64,000 nt of DNA, taken from assembly GCA_963847185.1 (NCBI GenBank), contig CAWJYV010000008.1, positions 768,001-832,000 of the forward strand. Direction: 5' to 3'. Position numbers and translations under genes: made by a program. The notes beneath the pieces were generated by a model. The model worked only from the letters and a program-made list of their open reading frames with translations, was not told the origin of the DNA and did not search any database. The first letter of the stretch is position 1, and the number at the start of each line of letters is the position of its first letter. Below, piece by piece: positions 30,153-40,293 of this stretch. The stretch comes from an uncultured Methanosarcinaceae archaeon. Lineage in GTDB: Archaea; Halobacteriota; Methanosarcinia; Methanosarcinales; Methanosarcinaceae.

Positions 30153-31160
30153 ATGGCAACAATAATTTACGATAACGAAACCACTTTTGATGCACTTAAA
30201 GATAAGACAATTGCAGTCATGGGCTATGGAAGTCAGGGCCACGCCCACGCACGGAACCTCCATGAATCTGGTCTCAATGTTGTTGTTGGGCTCAGGAAAG
30301 GAAGTTCCAGCTGGGCAAAAGCCGAGAATGACGGCCTGAAGGTCCTGCCTGTGGCAGAGGCTGCAAAAGCCGCAGATGTTATTATGATTCTGCTTCCGGA
30401 TGAGAAACAATCTTCGGTCTACTACTCCGAAATCGAGCCAAATCTGAAGGCCGGTGATGCCCTGGTTTTTGCTCACGGTTTCAACATCCACTACAATCAG
30501 ATTGTGCCCCCGAAAAATGTAGACGTTTTTATGGTCGCCCCCAAAGGCCCCGGACATATCGTGAGAAGGACCTACACCGAAGGTATCGGAGTGCCTGGCC
30601 TTATTGCAGTCTACCAGGATGCAACTGGAAATGCCAGAGATCTCGCCCTTTCCTACGCCAAAGGTATCGGTGCTGCAAGGGCAGGCGTTTATGAAACCAC
30701 CTTCCGTGAGGAAACCGAGACAGACCTCTTCGGAGAACAGGTAGATCTCTGTGGTGGGCTCTCTGCTCTCATCAAGACAGCTTTTGAAGTGCTTGTGGAA
30801 GCAGGATACCAGCCTGAGATGGCCTACTTCGAAACCTGTCATGAAGTTAAACTCATTGTAGACCTTATCTACGAAGGCGGGCTTGAGAGAATGTGGCACT
30901 CCGTTTCCAACACCGCAGAATACGGAGGCATGACAGTCGGCCCCAAGATTATTAATGAATACTCCCGCGAAGCCATGTATGAAGCCCTTGAAAGGATTCA
31001 GAACGGCGAATTTGCCAAAGAATTCGTTCTCGAAGGCATGGTCAATCACCCTGTGCTCAAAGCCATGGAACGCCAGGAAAAGGAACACCAGCTTGAGATT
31101 GTAGGAAAGCAAATCCGTGCAAACATTCCCTGGCTCAACAAAAAGATTGATGATGACTGA
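30153..31160 (+). CDS. ilvC: Ketol-acid reductoisomerase
   Basis: [16 protein letters not shown] and [10 protein letters not shown] motifs. Confidence 0.97.
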   Translation: MATIIYDNETTFDALKDKTIAVMGYGSQGHAHARNLHESGLNVVVGLRKGSSSWAKAENDGLKVLPVAEAAKAADVIMILLPDEKQSSVYYSEIEPNLKAGDALVFAHGFNIHYNQIVPPKNVDVFMVAPKGPGHIVRRTYTEGIGVPGLIAVYQDATGNARDLALSYAKGIGAARAGVYETTFREETETDLFGEQVDLCGGLSALIKTAFEVLVEAGYQPEMAYFETCHEVKLIVDLIYEGGLERMWHSVSNTAEYGGMTVGPKIINEYSREAMYEALERIQNGEFAKEFVLEGMVNHPVLKAMERQEKEHQLEIVGKQIRANIPWLNKKIDDD

Positions 31161-31235
31161 TTTTGCTGTAATTGACAGTCTGTAAACAGAAGATTCATAA
31201 ATCTGGAAAGAGAAAATCAATCCGGAGGGAAATTA

Positions 31236-31778
31236 ATGCCAGTAACAGGAGAAACCAAAGTCATTGACACTATCCTTAATAGGCGGAGTGTCCGGGAGTT
31301 TACGGACAAACCTGTCAGCAAGGAAGATATTAACATAATCCTGAACGCAGCTCACTGGGCTCCTTCCGGATTGAACAATCAGCCTTGGCGCTTCATTGTT
31401 ATCCAAAATCGGGAGACCATCGAGAAACTCTCAAAATGCACTCACTATTCAGGTATCGTAGCAGGGGCTCCCCTGCTTATTACTACTTTCCTCGACAATG
31501 AAACTTCCTACAACAGGACAAAAGACATCGAGGCAATCGGGGCTGCAATCCAGAACATGCTCCTTACCTGCTGCGAGCTGAGTCTTGGGGGAGTCTGGCT
31601 TGGAGAAATCCTGAACCAAAAAGAGAAGGTTAATTCTATTCTGGGATGTCCTTCACACCTTGAGCTGATGTCTGCTCTTGCAATAGGAGAACCTGTTCCA
31701 AAGGAAAGGACTTCAACACGCAAGGCTCTTTCTGAAATTGTATTCGATGAGATGTACGGCCAAAAATGGCGAGAATGA
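31236..31778 (+). CDS. Nitroreductase family flavoprotein
   Basis: RRSVREF, APSGLNNQPWRF and LGGVW motifs. Confidence 0.92.
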   Translation: MPVTGETKVIDTILNRRSVREFTDKPVSKEDINIILNAAHWAPSGLNNQPWRFIVIQNRETIEKLSKCTHYSGIVAGAPLLITTFLDNETSYNRTKDIEAIGAAIQNMLLTCCELSLGGVWLGEILNQKEKVNSILGCPSHLELMSALAIGEPVPKERTSTRKALSEIVFDEMYGQKWRE

Positions 31779-31953
31779 GCTATATTCTGGAGTTTCCAGG
31801 CCGATTTTCTTTTTAATTTGTTTTTTACTTCTCTTTGAAAATACTTTTAATCTCTTCAAGGATTAAATTTATAAGCTATTTAGAACTATAACCAGCCAGT
31901 TAACTGATTGCAGTTTAATCTGTCAGTTAACCGATCATAACTTTTTACAATGA

Positions 31954-32025
31954 AGGTCTGTAGTGTAGCGGATATCACTGGAGCCTCCGGAGCTCCGAAC
32001 CTGGGTTCGATTCCCGGCAGACCTG
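31954..32025 (+). tRNA. tRNA-Arg(CCG)
   Basis: Acceptor stem AGGTCTG/CAGACCT, anticodon arm GGAGC-CTCCGGA-GCTCC, T arm CTGGG-TTCGATT-CCCGG; TTTATA box at ~31868. Confidence 0.95.
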
Positions 32026-32054
32026 TAGCTAAAAAAGTCTCAAAGGTTCGCTTA

Positions 32055-32234
32055 ATGGTTCGTGGATTAAATCGTCGCTTTTTACGTGTTGGGAGAAAAT
32101 TATCTTTAGTTCATTTAATCTTCATAGTAATAATATTGTATTTTCTACTGCGGATTCTTTTGCCACTTTTGTGGACTTTGATTTTAGTCATTGCTTTGAT
32201 TCTTATTTTAAAATTAGTGCTTGAAAACTTTTAA
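32055..32234 (+). CDS. Small membrane protein (59 aa)
   Basis: Basic N-terminus followed by a long hydrophobic stretch; ATG 30 nt after the tRNA. Confidence 0.5.
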   Translation: MVRGLNRRFLRVGRKLSLVHLIFIVIILYFLLRILLPLLWTLILVIALILILKLVLENF

Positions 32235-32236
32235 TT

Positions 32237-32494
32237 TTGATTTTTATTTTACCCCTATTCCTGCCTGTTTCAGACATTCCTGCTATTCGGTCTCTTACAA
32301 AACAGTCTTATGATCAAAAAAGAGCAATAGAATTGTTCAATGAAGTGCATGATTTTTTAATTGATGTGTACAAGCTTTATTTCAAAGGGTGGGAGTATCA
32401 AGAGCATCATCAAAAATATGGAATGGGTCTTGAGAAGGTTGACATTATAAAGTTTAATCTAGCGATTCGATTCCAAAATAAATTTCTTATTTAA
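32237..32494 (+). CDS. Hypothetical protein or gene fragment
   Basis: 85 aa ORF without a clear RBS. Confidence 0.25.
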   Translation: MIFILPLFLPVSDIPAIRSLTKQSYDQKRAIELFNEVHDFLIDVYKLYFKGWEYQEHHQKYGMGLEKVDIIKFNLAIRFQNKFLI

Positions 32495-32600
32495 TAGAAA
32501 ATTCGTGATTGATAGGTAGATTTAAAAGTCAGTTTTTATGAACATATTTCGGAATCGAAGTACTTGTATAAAATAAAAAGGAAACCAGATTACTCTGGCT

Positions 32601-34010
32601 TCACTTTTCTTTCAAATACTCATCAATTGCCTTTGCTGCTTTTTTGCCTGCACCCATTGCGCTGATGACGGTTGCTGCGCCTGTAACTACATCTCCGCCT
32701 GCAAAGACTCCGCATTTGGAGGTTGCACCGGTCTCTTCGTCTGCAACAACAGTGCCTCTTTTGCTCTGCTCAAGGCCTTCAGAGCCTTTGAAAATGATGG
32801 GATTCGGGGATGTGCCTATGGCAATAACTACAACATCAGCAGGGATTGTGAATTCCGAGCCTTCAACAGGAACTGGGCTTCTTCTACCGGATTTGTCGGG
32901 TTCGCCAAGTTCCATTTTAATGCATTCGACTGCAGTAACATTGAACTTCTCGTCACCAAGGATGCGGATAGGGTTTGTAAGGAGCCTGAAAATAATGCCT
33001 TCTTCCTTAGCGTGCTCGATTTCTTCTCTCCTGGCTGGCATTTCGTCTTCTCCGCGGCGGTAGACTATGCTGACCTCCTCGGCACCAAGGCGGAGGGCAG
33101 AGCGGGCTGCATCCATTGCTACGTTTCCGCCTCCTACAACTACTACGTGTTTCCCAAGCCTGACTCTTGTGTCATACTCAGGGTCATAGGCTTTCATAAG
33201 GTTTACACGGGTCAGGAATTCGTTTGCCGAGTATACCCCGCTGAAGTTTTCGCCCTGAATTCCCATAAAGGTAGGAAGACCAGCTCCCGTGCCCAGGAAA
33301 ACAGCATCAAACTCGTCACAGAGCTCATCCAGGGTCTTGATTCTGCCAATTATATAGTTAGGCTTTAACTCAACTCCCAGATTCTTGATATACTCTATCT
33401 CCTGCCTTACAATTTCTTTTGGCAGCCTGAACTCGGGGATGCCGTAACTCAGGACTCCGCCTGCTTTGTGCAGGGACTCAAAAATTGTTACTTTGTGTCC
33501 CAGCTTTGCAAGGTCTGCTGCGGCAGTGAGACCTGCAGGTCCTGAGCCGACAATAGCTACTTTCTTTTCAGTGGATTCAGGAACTTCAGAGGCCTTTACG
33601 CCTTTCTGACGCTCATAATCGGCACAGAAACGTTCGAGCCTTCCGATCGCCACCGGCCGTCCCTTCTTCCCGAGTACGCAAAGGGCTTCGCATTGGGTCT
33701 CCTGGGGGCAGACGCGGCCACAGATGGCAGGAAGAGCATTTGTGCCTTTTATCTTCTCAATTGCCCCTTCAAAGTCTTCTTCACATACCAGCTTGATAAA
33801 ACCGGGAATATCCACATTCACAGGGCAGCCTTCGACACATTTCGGGTCTTTACAGGAGAGGCAGCGTGAGGCCTCAGCAAGAGCATCTTCTTTTGTGTAT
33901 CCGAGAGCTACTTCATTAAAGTTTTTTCTACGCTCTTCTGCAGGCTGTTCTGGCATAGGGGTTCTTTCTTTCCTTGCTTTTCCTGTTTTCCCTTCATATA
34001 ATTCTTGCAT
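32601..34010 (-). CDS. GltD-like flavoprotein, NfnB/SudA-type large subunit
   Basis: CLSC..CVEGCP and CGRVCPQETQCE Fe-S motifs, GSGPAG and GGGNVAMD dinucleotide motifs; paired with an NfnA-like gene. Confidence 0.9.
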   Translation of the reverse strand: MQELYEGKTGKARKERTPMPEQPAEERRKNFNEVALGYTKEDALAEASRCLSCKDPKCVEGCPVNVDIPGFIKLVCEEDFEGAIEKIKGTNALPAICGRVCPQETQCEALCVLGKKGRPVAIGRLERFCADYERQKGVKASEVPESTEKKVAIVGSGPAGLTAAADLAKLGHKVTIFESLHKAGGVLSYGIPEFRLPKEIVRQEIEYIKNLGVELKPNYIIGRIKTLDELCDEFDAVFLGTGAGLPTFMGIQGENFSGVYSANEFLTRVNLMKAYDPEYDTRVRLGKHVVVVGGGNVAMDAARSALRLGAEEVSIVYRRGEDEMPARREEIEHAKEEGIIFRLLTNPIRILGDEKFNVTAVECIKMELGEPDKSGRRSPVPVEGSEFTIPADVVVIAIGTSPNPIIFKGSEGLEQSKRGTVVADEETGATSKCGVFAGGDVVTGAATVISAMGAGKKAAKAIDEYLKEK

Positions 34011-34026
34011 TTTTTATCCCTTCCTT

Positions 34027-34872
34027 TCAGTGCAGCCCGCACCTGCATTCTTCTTCATACTTCTCTACGGCTTTTGTCTCTTCACCGCGATACATTGCAA
34101 GCCTGTTCATTAGCTCTACAAAGTCAACTTTACGTGCATTAAATTCAGGTCCGTCAACGCAGGTAAATTTCGTTTTTCCATCCACAGTAACCCTGCATCC
34201 GCCGCACATCCCTGTTCCGTCAACCATAATGGAGTTAAGGCTAACCAGAATTTCAACGTCATAGGGGGAAGCTACGCCAGCAGCTACTTTCATCATAATT
34301 GGAGGTCCGATGATCACGACCCTTGCAACCTTTTCGCCGCTGTCCAGGATCCTTTTCATAACGTCAGTCACAAATCCGTGGTGTCCTTTTGACCCGTCAT
34401 CGGTTGCAATATACAGTTCTGAACTGGCTTTTTGCATTTCGTCTTCAAGAATAAGGAGGTCTTTGTTCCTTGCCCCTATAATGGAAATTACCTTGTTGCC
34501 TGCTTTAGTGTAAGCCTTTGCCTGGGGATAAATAGGTGCAACTCCTACCCCTCCGCCTACAAGAATTACAGTGCCGAGTTTTGTGATATCTGCAGGGGTT
34601 CCAAGAGGTCCGACAAAATCTTCCAGAGACTTCTCTACCGAAAGTTTTGCAAGCTGTTTTGTAGTCTTGCCCATCTCTTGGAAAATTACGGTTACTGTGC
34701 CTTTTTCTTTTTCAAAATCAGCAATTGTGAGGGGAATCCTTTCCCCCCTCTCATCAATTCTGAGAATTATGAACTGTCCGGCTTTTGCAGCTTTTGCCAC
34801 GTCAGGGGCATCTATGACCATTCTGTGCACCGACGGGGCTATTTCTTCCTTTTCCAGTATTTTATATGCCAT
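34027..34872 (-). CDS. NfnA/SudB-type (PyrK-like) ferredoxin:NAD(P)H oxidoreductase small subunit
   Basis: ERIPLT, GPLG, GGGVG and MVDGTGMCGGC..CVDGP (Asp-ligated 2Fe-2S motif). Confidence 0.9.
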   Translation of the reverse strand: MAYKILEKEEIAPSVHRMVIDAPDVAKAAKAGQFIILRIDERGERIPLTIADFEKEKGTVTVIFQEMGKTTKQLAKLSVEKSLEDFVGPLGTPADITKLGTVILVGGGVGVAPIYPQAKAYTKAGNKVISIIGARNKDLLILEDEMQKASSELYIATDDGSKGHHGFVTDVMKRILDSGEKVARVVIIGPPIMMKVAAGVASPYDVEILVSLNSIMVDGTGMCGGCRVTVDGKTKFTCVDGPEFNARKVDFVELMNRLAMYRGEETKAVEKYEEECRCGLH

Positions 34873-35509
34873 ACGATCACATTTTCCTGAGTAAAAAGAA
34901 TATTTCCTGAGCAGATGAATCGATAAATTTTAACTGTAGCGGAGTTTCACAAAAGTCTTAAACTCTGTATTTTTCCCGCGTGGATTTCTTCCTATAATGG
35001 TTAATGGGATATATATTCTCCCAAATAATTTTAATTATTCTTCCCAGTTTGCATTATTTTTATTAGATATTGTACGCTGGCTTCTTAAGATCTCTTTCAC
35101 AAAAATAGAATGTGCTTTTTTGTACTCTTTTGTTATTGTCACAAAAATTTAATAAATCTAGTGGGTGTAATAAAATTAGGGGCAAAATCCCAGATCTATT
35201 TTATCAGGGAATAATGGAAAGGAGGGATGAAGGAGAGCTGGTCAACAGGTCTGAAGTCGAACCATTTTAGTTTAAAGATCCATTTACTGAAAAGGAAAAG
35301 TATTACTCAAGAGACTGTTTGCTCGCCGCAATAGGATCTGATAATCTTTCGTAGAACCTCAGTGGATTGAAGGTGTTGAAAAAACAATCTTTATAAGGTC
35401 TGAAAAATGGAAATCCTTCGAAGGTTAACCGGGTCCTGGAAAATTAGATTGAAACCTAATATGAAAATACTATTTTCAAAGGTGTAAGTTGATTAAGGGA
35501 GTTGAATCT

Positions 35510-35626
35510 ATGCCAGAACAAAAGAAGAATGAAGAAAAGAAAGAAGAAGAAGCTAAAGTCGAGCCTATACACCCTTCCGAACAGAGGGGAGGTAAAAAGA
35601 AAGGTCTTCTGGACACCTGTAAGTAA
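35510..35626 (+). CDS. Small charged protein, 38 aa (not in the ORF track)
   Basis: MPEQKKNEEKKEEEAKVEPIHPSEQRGGKKKGLLDTCK*; GGGAG RBS upstream, T-rich terminator downstream. Confidence 0.6.
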   Translation: MPEQKKNEEKKEEEAKVEPIHPSEQRGGKKKGLLDTCK

Positions 35627-35754
35627 TCAGGCTTTTATTTTTACGTTTATTCTATTTTATCCATATTTTTTCTTTTTTTGAACTGGAATAAATTTCAGCT
35701 AAATTTATGCTACACAGGTATTGAGGATAGGAATCAGTCTATTTTTTTCACAAA

Positions 35755-35779
35755 TTTTATATGGGCATATGCCCATATA
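35755..35779 (+). promoter_or_regulatory. arsR promoter with overlapping perfect 22-bp palindromic operator
   Basis: TATATGGGCATATGCCCATATA (35758-35779) overlaps the TTTTATAT box. Confidence 0.8.
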
Positions 35780-35784
35780 TCCAT

Positions 35785-36141
35785 ATGTCTATGCTTGAAA
35801 ATAAAGCTAAATTCTTCAGAGCCCTCGGAGATGAAACAAGACTTACAATTCTCTCCTATCTTCTGGAGCACAGCTACTGTGCCTGTGATTTTGCCCCTCT
35901 TACGGAAAAAGATCAGACAACGGTTTCAAAGCATCTAAGAGTTCTCGTTGAGGCCGATATTTTAAAATACGAAAAGAAGGGGCGAAATATCATCTACAGC
36001 ATAAGAAATGAGGATATCAGGAAAATTCTGCTTTTCCTTGGAGTAGGGGAGGTAAAGCCCTGCTGCAAGGGTCCGGAAGACTTTCGGATTTGTTGTAAGG
36101 ATGAAGTCGAAGACAAAAAAGGAAGTAAAGGACATATTTAA
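35785..36141 (+). CDS. arsR: ArsR/SmtB family transcriptional repressor
   Basis: FRALGDETRLTIL, CACDF, QTTVSKHLRVL HTH; C-terminal CC pairs; upstream of arsM. Confidence 0.88.
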   Translation: MSMLENKAKFFRALGDETRLTILSYLLEHSYCACDFAPLTEKDQTTVSKHLRVLVEADILKYEKKGRNIIYSIRNEDIRKILLFLGVGEVKPCCKGPEDFRICCKDEVEDKKGSKGHI

Positions 36142-36155
36142 GGATAGGTGGAAGA

Positions 36156-36901
36156 ATGGATTCAAGTGAAAAAAAAGAAGCTATTAAAAAAAATATGGCG
36201 AAATTGCAATGGCAGGCGGTTCATGTTGTTGCAACAGTACCTGTTGTGGAAATTCGAATGTAGCTAATATTCTAAATCTATTGGCTACTCAGAGGACCAG
36301 ATTATGTCTGTTCCGGATGCAAATTTCGGCCTCGGCCGTGGCAATCCGACAGCTTTTGCAGAACTGAAATCTGGTGATGTAGCCCTTGATTTAGGCTCTG
36401 GTACAGGATTTGATTGCTTTCTTGCCGCACAGAAGGTCGGAAATTCTGGGAGGGTCATTGGAGTTGATATGACTCAAACTATGCTTGAAAAAGCACAGAC
36501 TAATGCTCTTAGGTATGGTTATCCAAATGTTGAATTCCGTCTGGGGGATATTGAGCTCTTCCGGTTGAGAATATGTCAGTTGACGTAATTATCAGCATTG
36601 CGTTATCAATCTGGCCCCGGATAAAGAAAAGGTTTTCAGAGAGGCCTTTTGGGTCCTGAAACCAGGGGGCAGGATGTACATTTCGGATATGGTCCTTCTC
36701 GCCGAGCTTCCTGAAGACCTGAAAGACAACGAAGATTTGCTTGCAGGTTGCGTTGCAGGTGCGCTCTTAAAGGAAGAGTATCTCAGACTTTTGAAAAAAG
36801 CCGGTTTTTCAGTTGAGATTCTGGGTGAAGATTCGGATATAAGTAAAAGACAATATGGAAGTCTTCCTGTAGAGAGTTTGAAACTGAAAGCCTGGATATG
36901 A
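36156..36901 (+). pseudogene. arsM: Arsenite S-adenosylmethionine methyltransferase, multiply disrupted
   Basis: Pieces of the Cys-rich N-terminus, [18 protein letters not shown] and GCVAGA lie in different frames (breaks near 36190, 36270, 36557, 36597). Conserved GCGNP reads GRGNP. Confidence 0.85.
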
Positions 36902-37301
36902 AAGTTCTCAGCCTTAATGATTACCTTTTCTAAATTCCTTGGTTCTATCAACAGCTTTTGATAGAGCTTTTCATTTTAAATATTTCTCAAAACTCTTCTT
37001 TTTGTAGATAGTTGAAAAAACTTCTTATTAAATGAAAGTATTTAATAATGTTAATTTAAAAGAGATTGGTTGGAAGGATGTAATCTAAAAGATATGCTTG
37101 AAATTATTTTAGCTAATCAGTGGCTCAGGTATTCTTCGTTTAAGAGTCTTTAATGATTCTCTTTTTATACCTTGCTTCATATGTCTTTCAGCGTATTTAT
37201 AATATATTCTTCGAATAATGTCTTTACTTGGCTATTCCAAATTGATCTATATCCTTGACATACTTATCTAAGAGCATAATTGTTTTAACAATCTAAAGGA
37301 G

Positions 37302-38678
37302 TTGACAGGCATAAAATCAATAATTCTTGCAGGTGGCTCAGGAACTCGCCTCTGGCCTCTCAGCCGGGAAATGTATCCTAAACAATTTTTAAAGTTTGGT
37401 AATACATCTCTTTTCCAGGAGACTGTACTCCGATGCCTTGAAGTTTCCGACATATCAGAAATTTTTGTCGTAACAAATGAAGTTCAGAAATTTTTCGTAA
37501 TCGGACAGATAAAGGAAATTGGATGTTCAATTCTTCCTGAAAATGTTTTAATTGAACCTGAAGGTAAGAATACACTTCCTGCAATTTTCTTCGGAATGAA
37601 AGAGATTGAGAAAAAATTTGGGGATTCTGTAGTGGGAGTATTTTCTTCCGATCACGTACTTGACAAAGCTGCAATGCAAACAATTTCTTCAGCTGAAATC
37701 CTGGCTTCGGATTTTCTGGTTACTTTTGGGATTGTTCCTAGTTTCCCTCATACCGGATATGGATATATTAAAACCTCAGAATCCTGCGGTCCCGGATATA
37801 GAGTTTCAGAGTTTAGAGAAAAACCGGATTGCGATACTGCGGAAAAATACCTTAAAGAAGGTTGTCTCTGGAATAGTGGCATGTTTCTTTTTGAGACAGG
37901 GCTTTTCTTTGAAGAGGTTAAGAAGTACGCACCTTCTGTTTTCGCTTCATTTGAGAATGGAAAGGATATAAATGAGATTTATGCAAATGTGGAGAAAGTT
38001 TCTATTGATTACGGGATCATGGAAAAATCCGATAGAGTAGCAGTTGTAATACTTGAACAGAAGTGGAGCGATCTGGGAAATTTTGAAGCAATTTATGATG
38101 AGTTCGAAAAAGATTCTGTAGGGAATGTCGTTTATGAATGCGATCCTCTGCTAATTAATTCTGATGGAAACCTCATATATTCAAAATGCGGTAAAATTGT
38201 CTCACTTATCGATGTTAAGGATATGGTTATCGTTGATACGAGTGATGCTCTTTTGATCTGTCCCAAATCCAGCAGTCAGCAAGTGAAGGAGATCGTCACC
38301 GAACTTAAGAGCAGGGAAGATGAAAGAGCGTATATCGGGCAGACAGTCTACAGGCCCTGGGGCTCCTATACCTTACTTGAGGCCTCTCCAGAACATAAAA
38401 TTAAAAATATCACTGTCCTTCCTGATCACAAATTAAGTCTCCAGCTACACTACCATAGGAGTGAGCACTGGGTAATTGTAAAAGGTATGGCATGTGTGGA
38501 AGTTAATGGTCAGCAATTTTTCCTGAGGCCCGGAGAAAGTACTTTTATCAGGGCAGGGGAAAGGCACAGATTGTCTAATCCCGGTAAGGTTCCACTCGAG
38601 ATTATTGAAGTGCAGTTGGGGGAACTTGTTGATGAAGCGGACATTGTCAGATTTGATGATGTCTACGGGAGGCATTGA
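37302..38678 (+). CDS. manC: Mannose-1-phosphate guanylyltransferase / mannose-6-phosphate isomerase
   Basis: ILAGGSGTRLWPLSR..PKQF, WNSGMF, WSDLG; C-terminal cupin (RPWG, HRSEHW). Confidence 0.95.
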   Translation: MTGIKSIILAGGSGTRLWPLSREMYPKQFLKFGNTSLFQETVLRCLEVSDISEIFVVTNEVQKFFVIGQIKEIGCSILPENVLIEPEGKNTLPAIFFGMKEIEKKFGDSVVGVFSSDHVLDKAAMQTISSAEILASDFLVTFGIVPSFPHTGYGYIKTSESCGPGYRVSEFREKPDCDTAEKYLKEGCLWNSGMFLFETGLFFEEVKKYAPSVFASFENGKDINEIYANVEKVSIDYGIMEKSDRVAVVILEQKWSDLGNFEAIYDEFEKDSVGNVVYECDPLLINSDGNLIYSKCGKIVSLIDVKDMVIVDTSDALLICPKSSSQQVKEIVTELKSREDERAYIGQTVYRPWGSYTLLEASPEHKIKNITVLPDHKLSLQLHYHRSEHWVIVKGMACVEVNGQQFFLRPGESTFIRAGERHRLSNPGKVPLEIIEVQLGELVDEADIVRFDDVYGRH

Positions 38679-39235
38679 AAAATATGAGGGTAATAGATAC
38701 GGAAATAAGTGATCTATTCATACTGGAACCTAAAGTTTTTGGAGATAACCGGGGCTACTTTTTTGAAAGCTATAATAAAATGGCACTGGATAATCTTCTA
38801 GGAATAGGATATGATTTTATTCAGGACAATGAGTCAAAATCGTCGTATGGAGTGATCCGCGGCCTGCACTATCAACTATCTCCCTTCAGTCAGGCAAAGC
38901 TTGTAAGGGTTTTAGAAGGGAAAGTATATGACGTTGCAGTAGATCTCAGGAAAGATTCTCCCACTTTTCTGGACTGGGTCGGAGTTGAGCTTTCCGCTGA
39001 AAATAAAAGACAACTTTTTATTCCTAAAGGCTTTGCTCATGGATTTTCCGTACTGAGTGAAACTGCTATCTTTGTATACAAATGCGATGAATATTATCAT
39101 CCAGAAGCTGAAGCAGGAATTATCTATAATGACCCTTCATTGAATATTGACTGGAAAATTAAAGGCGAAAATGTAAAAATTTCTCAGAAGGATATGTTGC
39201 TTCCAAAAGTGGAAGATGCTAAGATGAATTTTTAA
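38675..39235 (+). CDS. rfbC: dTDP-4-dehydrorhamnose 3,5-epimerase
   Basis: DNRGYFFE, RGLHYQ and GFAHGF motifs. Confidence 0.95.
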   Translation: MKNMRVIDTEISDLFILEPKVFGDNRGYFFESYNKMALDNLLGIGYDFIQDNESKSSYGVIRGLHYQLSPFSQAKLVRVLEGKVYDVAVDLRKDSPTFLDWVGVELSAENKRQLFIPKGFAHGFSVLSETAIFVYKCDEYYHPEAEAGIIYNDPSLNIDWKIKGENVKISQKDMLLPKVEDAKMNF

Positions 39236-39336
39236 TATTTTATAAAATTTTAATTTTGTACTATTAATAGATGAGTTATATAATATCTGTATTGTAGTGA
39301 ATGGATTATTTATTGACATATTAAGGGGTAATCTGA

Positions 39337-40293
39337 ATGAAACTTCTAATAACTGGCGGTTGTGGATTCATAGGCAGTAACTTCATCCATTATATGATGA
39401 AAAAGTGCCCCCACTATCAAGTTGTAAATCTTGACAAGTTAACTTATGCCGGAAATCCTGCCAATCTTAAGGATATTGAAAATAACCCAAATTATTCTTT
39501 TGTGCAGGGAGATATCTGTGATTCTGAAGTTGTTGATAAAGTAATGAATGAAGTAGATCAGGTTGTGCATTTCGCAGCTGAAAGTCATGTTGACCGTTCA
39601 ATTGAGGATGGGTCGGTTTTCGTCAGGACAAACGTGCTTGGGACAAATACTCTTTTGCAAAGTGCGCTTGCACATAATGTTAAAAAGTTTATTCATGTTT
39701 CAACTGATGAAGTTTACGGCAGCATTAAAGAAGGCTCTTTTACCGAAAAAGATAACCTGAATCCATCAAGTCCTTATTCTTCAAGCAAAGCAGGTTCAGA
39801 TCTTCTTGCCCTCTCTTATTACACAACTTACGGCCTGCCAGTTTGTGTTACCAGATGCACAAACAACTTCGGACCTTATCAGTACCCTGAAAAGCTGATT
39901 CCGTTTTTCATCAGCAGATTGATGGAAGGGAAAAAGGTTCCAATCTATGGTACAGGCCTGAACATCAGGGACTGGATCTATGTTGAAGATCATTGTTCTG
40001 CAGTAGATTTTGTCCTGCATAACGGAAAAAACGGAGAAATCTATAATATAGACGGCGGAAACGAACTTACAAACCTCGAAATTACTTACCGCCTTCTTAA
40101 AATGCTTAGCAAAAACGAATTTTCAATTGAATACGTAGAAGATCGAAAAGGTCACGATTTCCGTTATTCTCTTGATGGTAGCAAACTGGAAGAAATGGGC
40201 TGGAAGCCCAGGTATGACTTTGATACTGCACTTGAGCAAACAGTGAAATGGTATGTTGAGAATCGTTGGTGGTGGGAGCCATTAAAACACTGA
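39337..40293 (+). CDS. rfbB: dTDP-glucose 4,6-dehydratase
   Basis: GGCGFIG, AAESHVDRS, STDEVYG and YSSSK motifs. Confidence 0.96.
   Translation: MKLLITGGCGFIGSNFIHYMMKKCPHYQVVNLDKLTYAGNPANLKDIENNPNYSFVQGDICDSEVVDKVMNEVDQVVHFAAESHVDRSIEDGSVFVRTNVLGTNTLLQSALAHNVKKFIHVSTDEVYGSIKEGSFTEKDNLNPSSPYSSSKAGSDLLALSYYTTYGLPVCVTRCTNNFGPYQYPEKLIPFFISRLMEGKKVPIYGTGLNIRDWIYVEDHCSAVDFVLHNGKNGEIYNIDGGNELTNLEITYRLLKMLSKNEFSIEYVEDRKGHDFRYSLDGSKLEEMGWKPRYDFDTALEQTVKWYVENRWWWEPLKH

Noticed and set aside
30147-31220. 357-aa minus-strand ORF
   Set aside because: Antisense shadow of the highly codon-biased ilvC
31950-32054. N-terminal part of the 94-aa ORF
   Set aside because: Overlaps tRNA-Arg; the plausible start is ATG 32055
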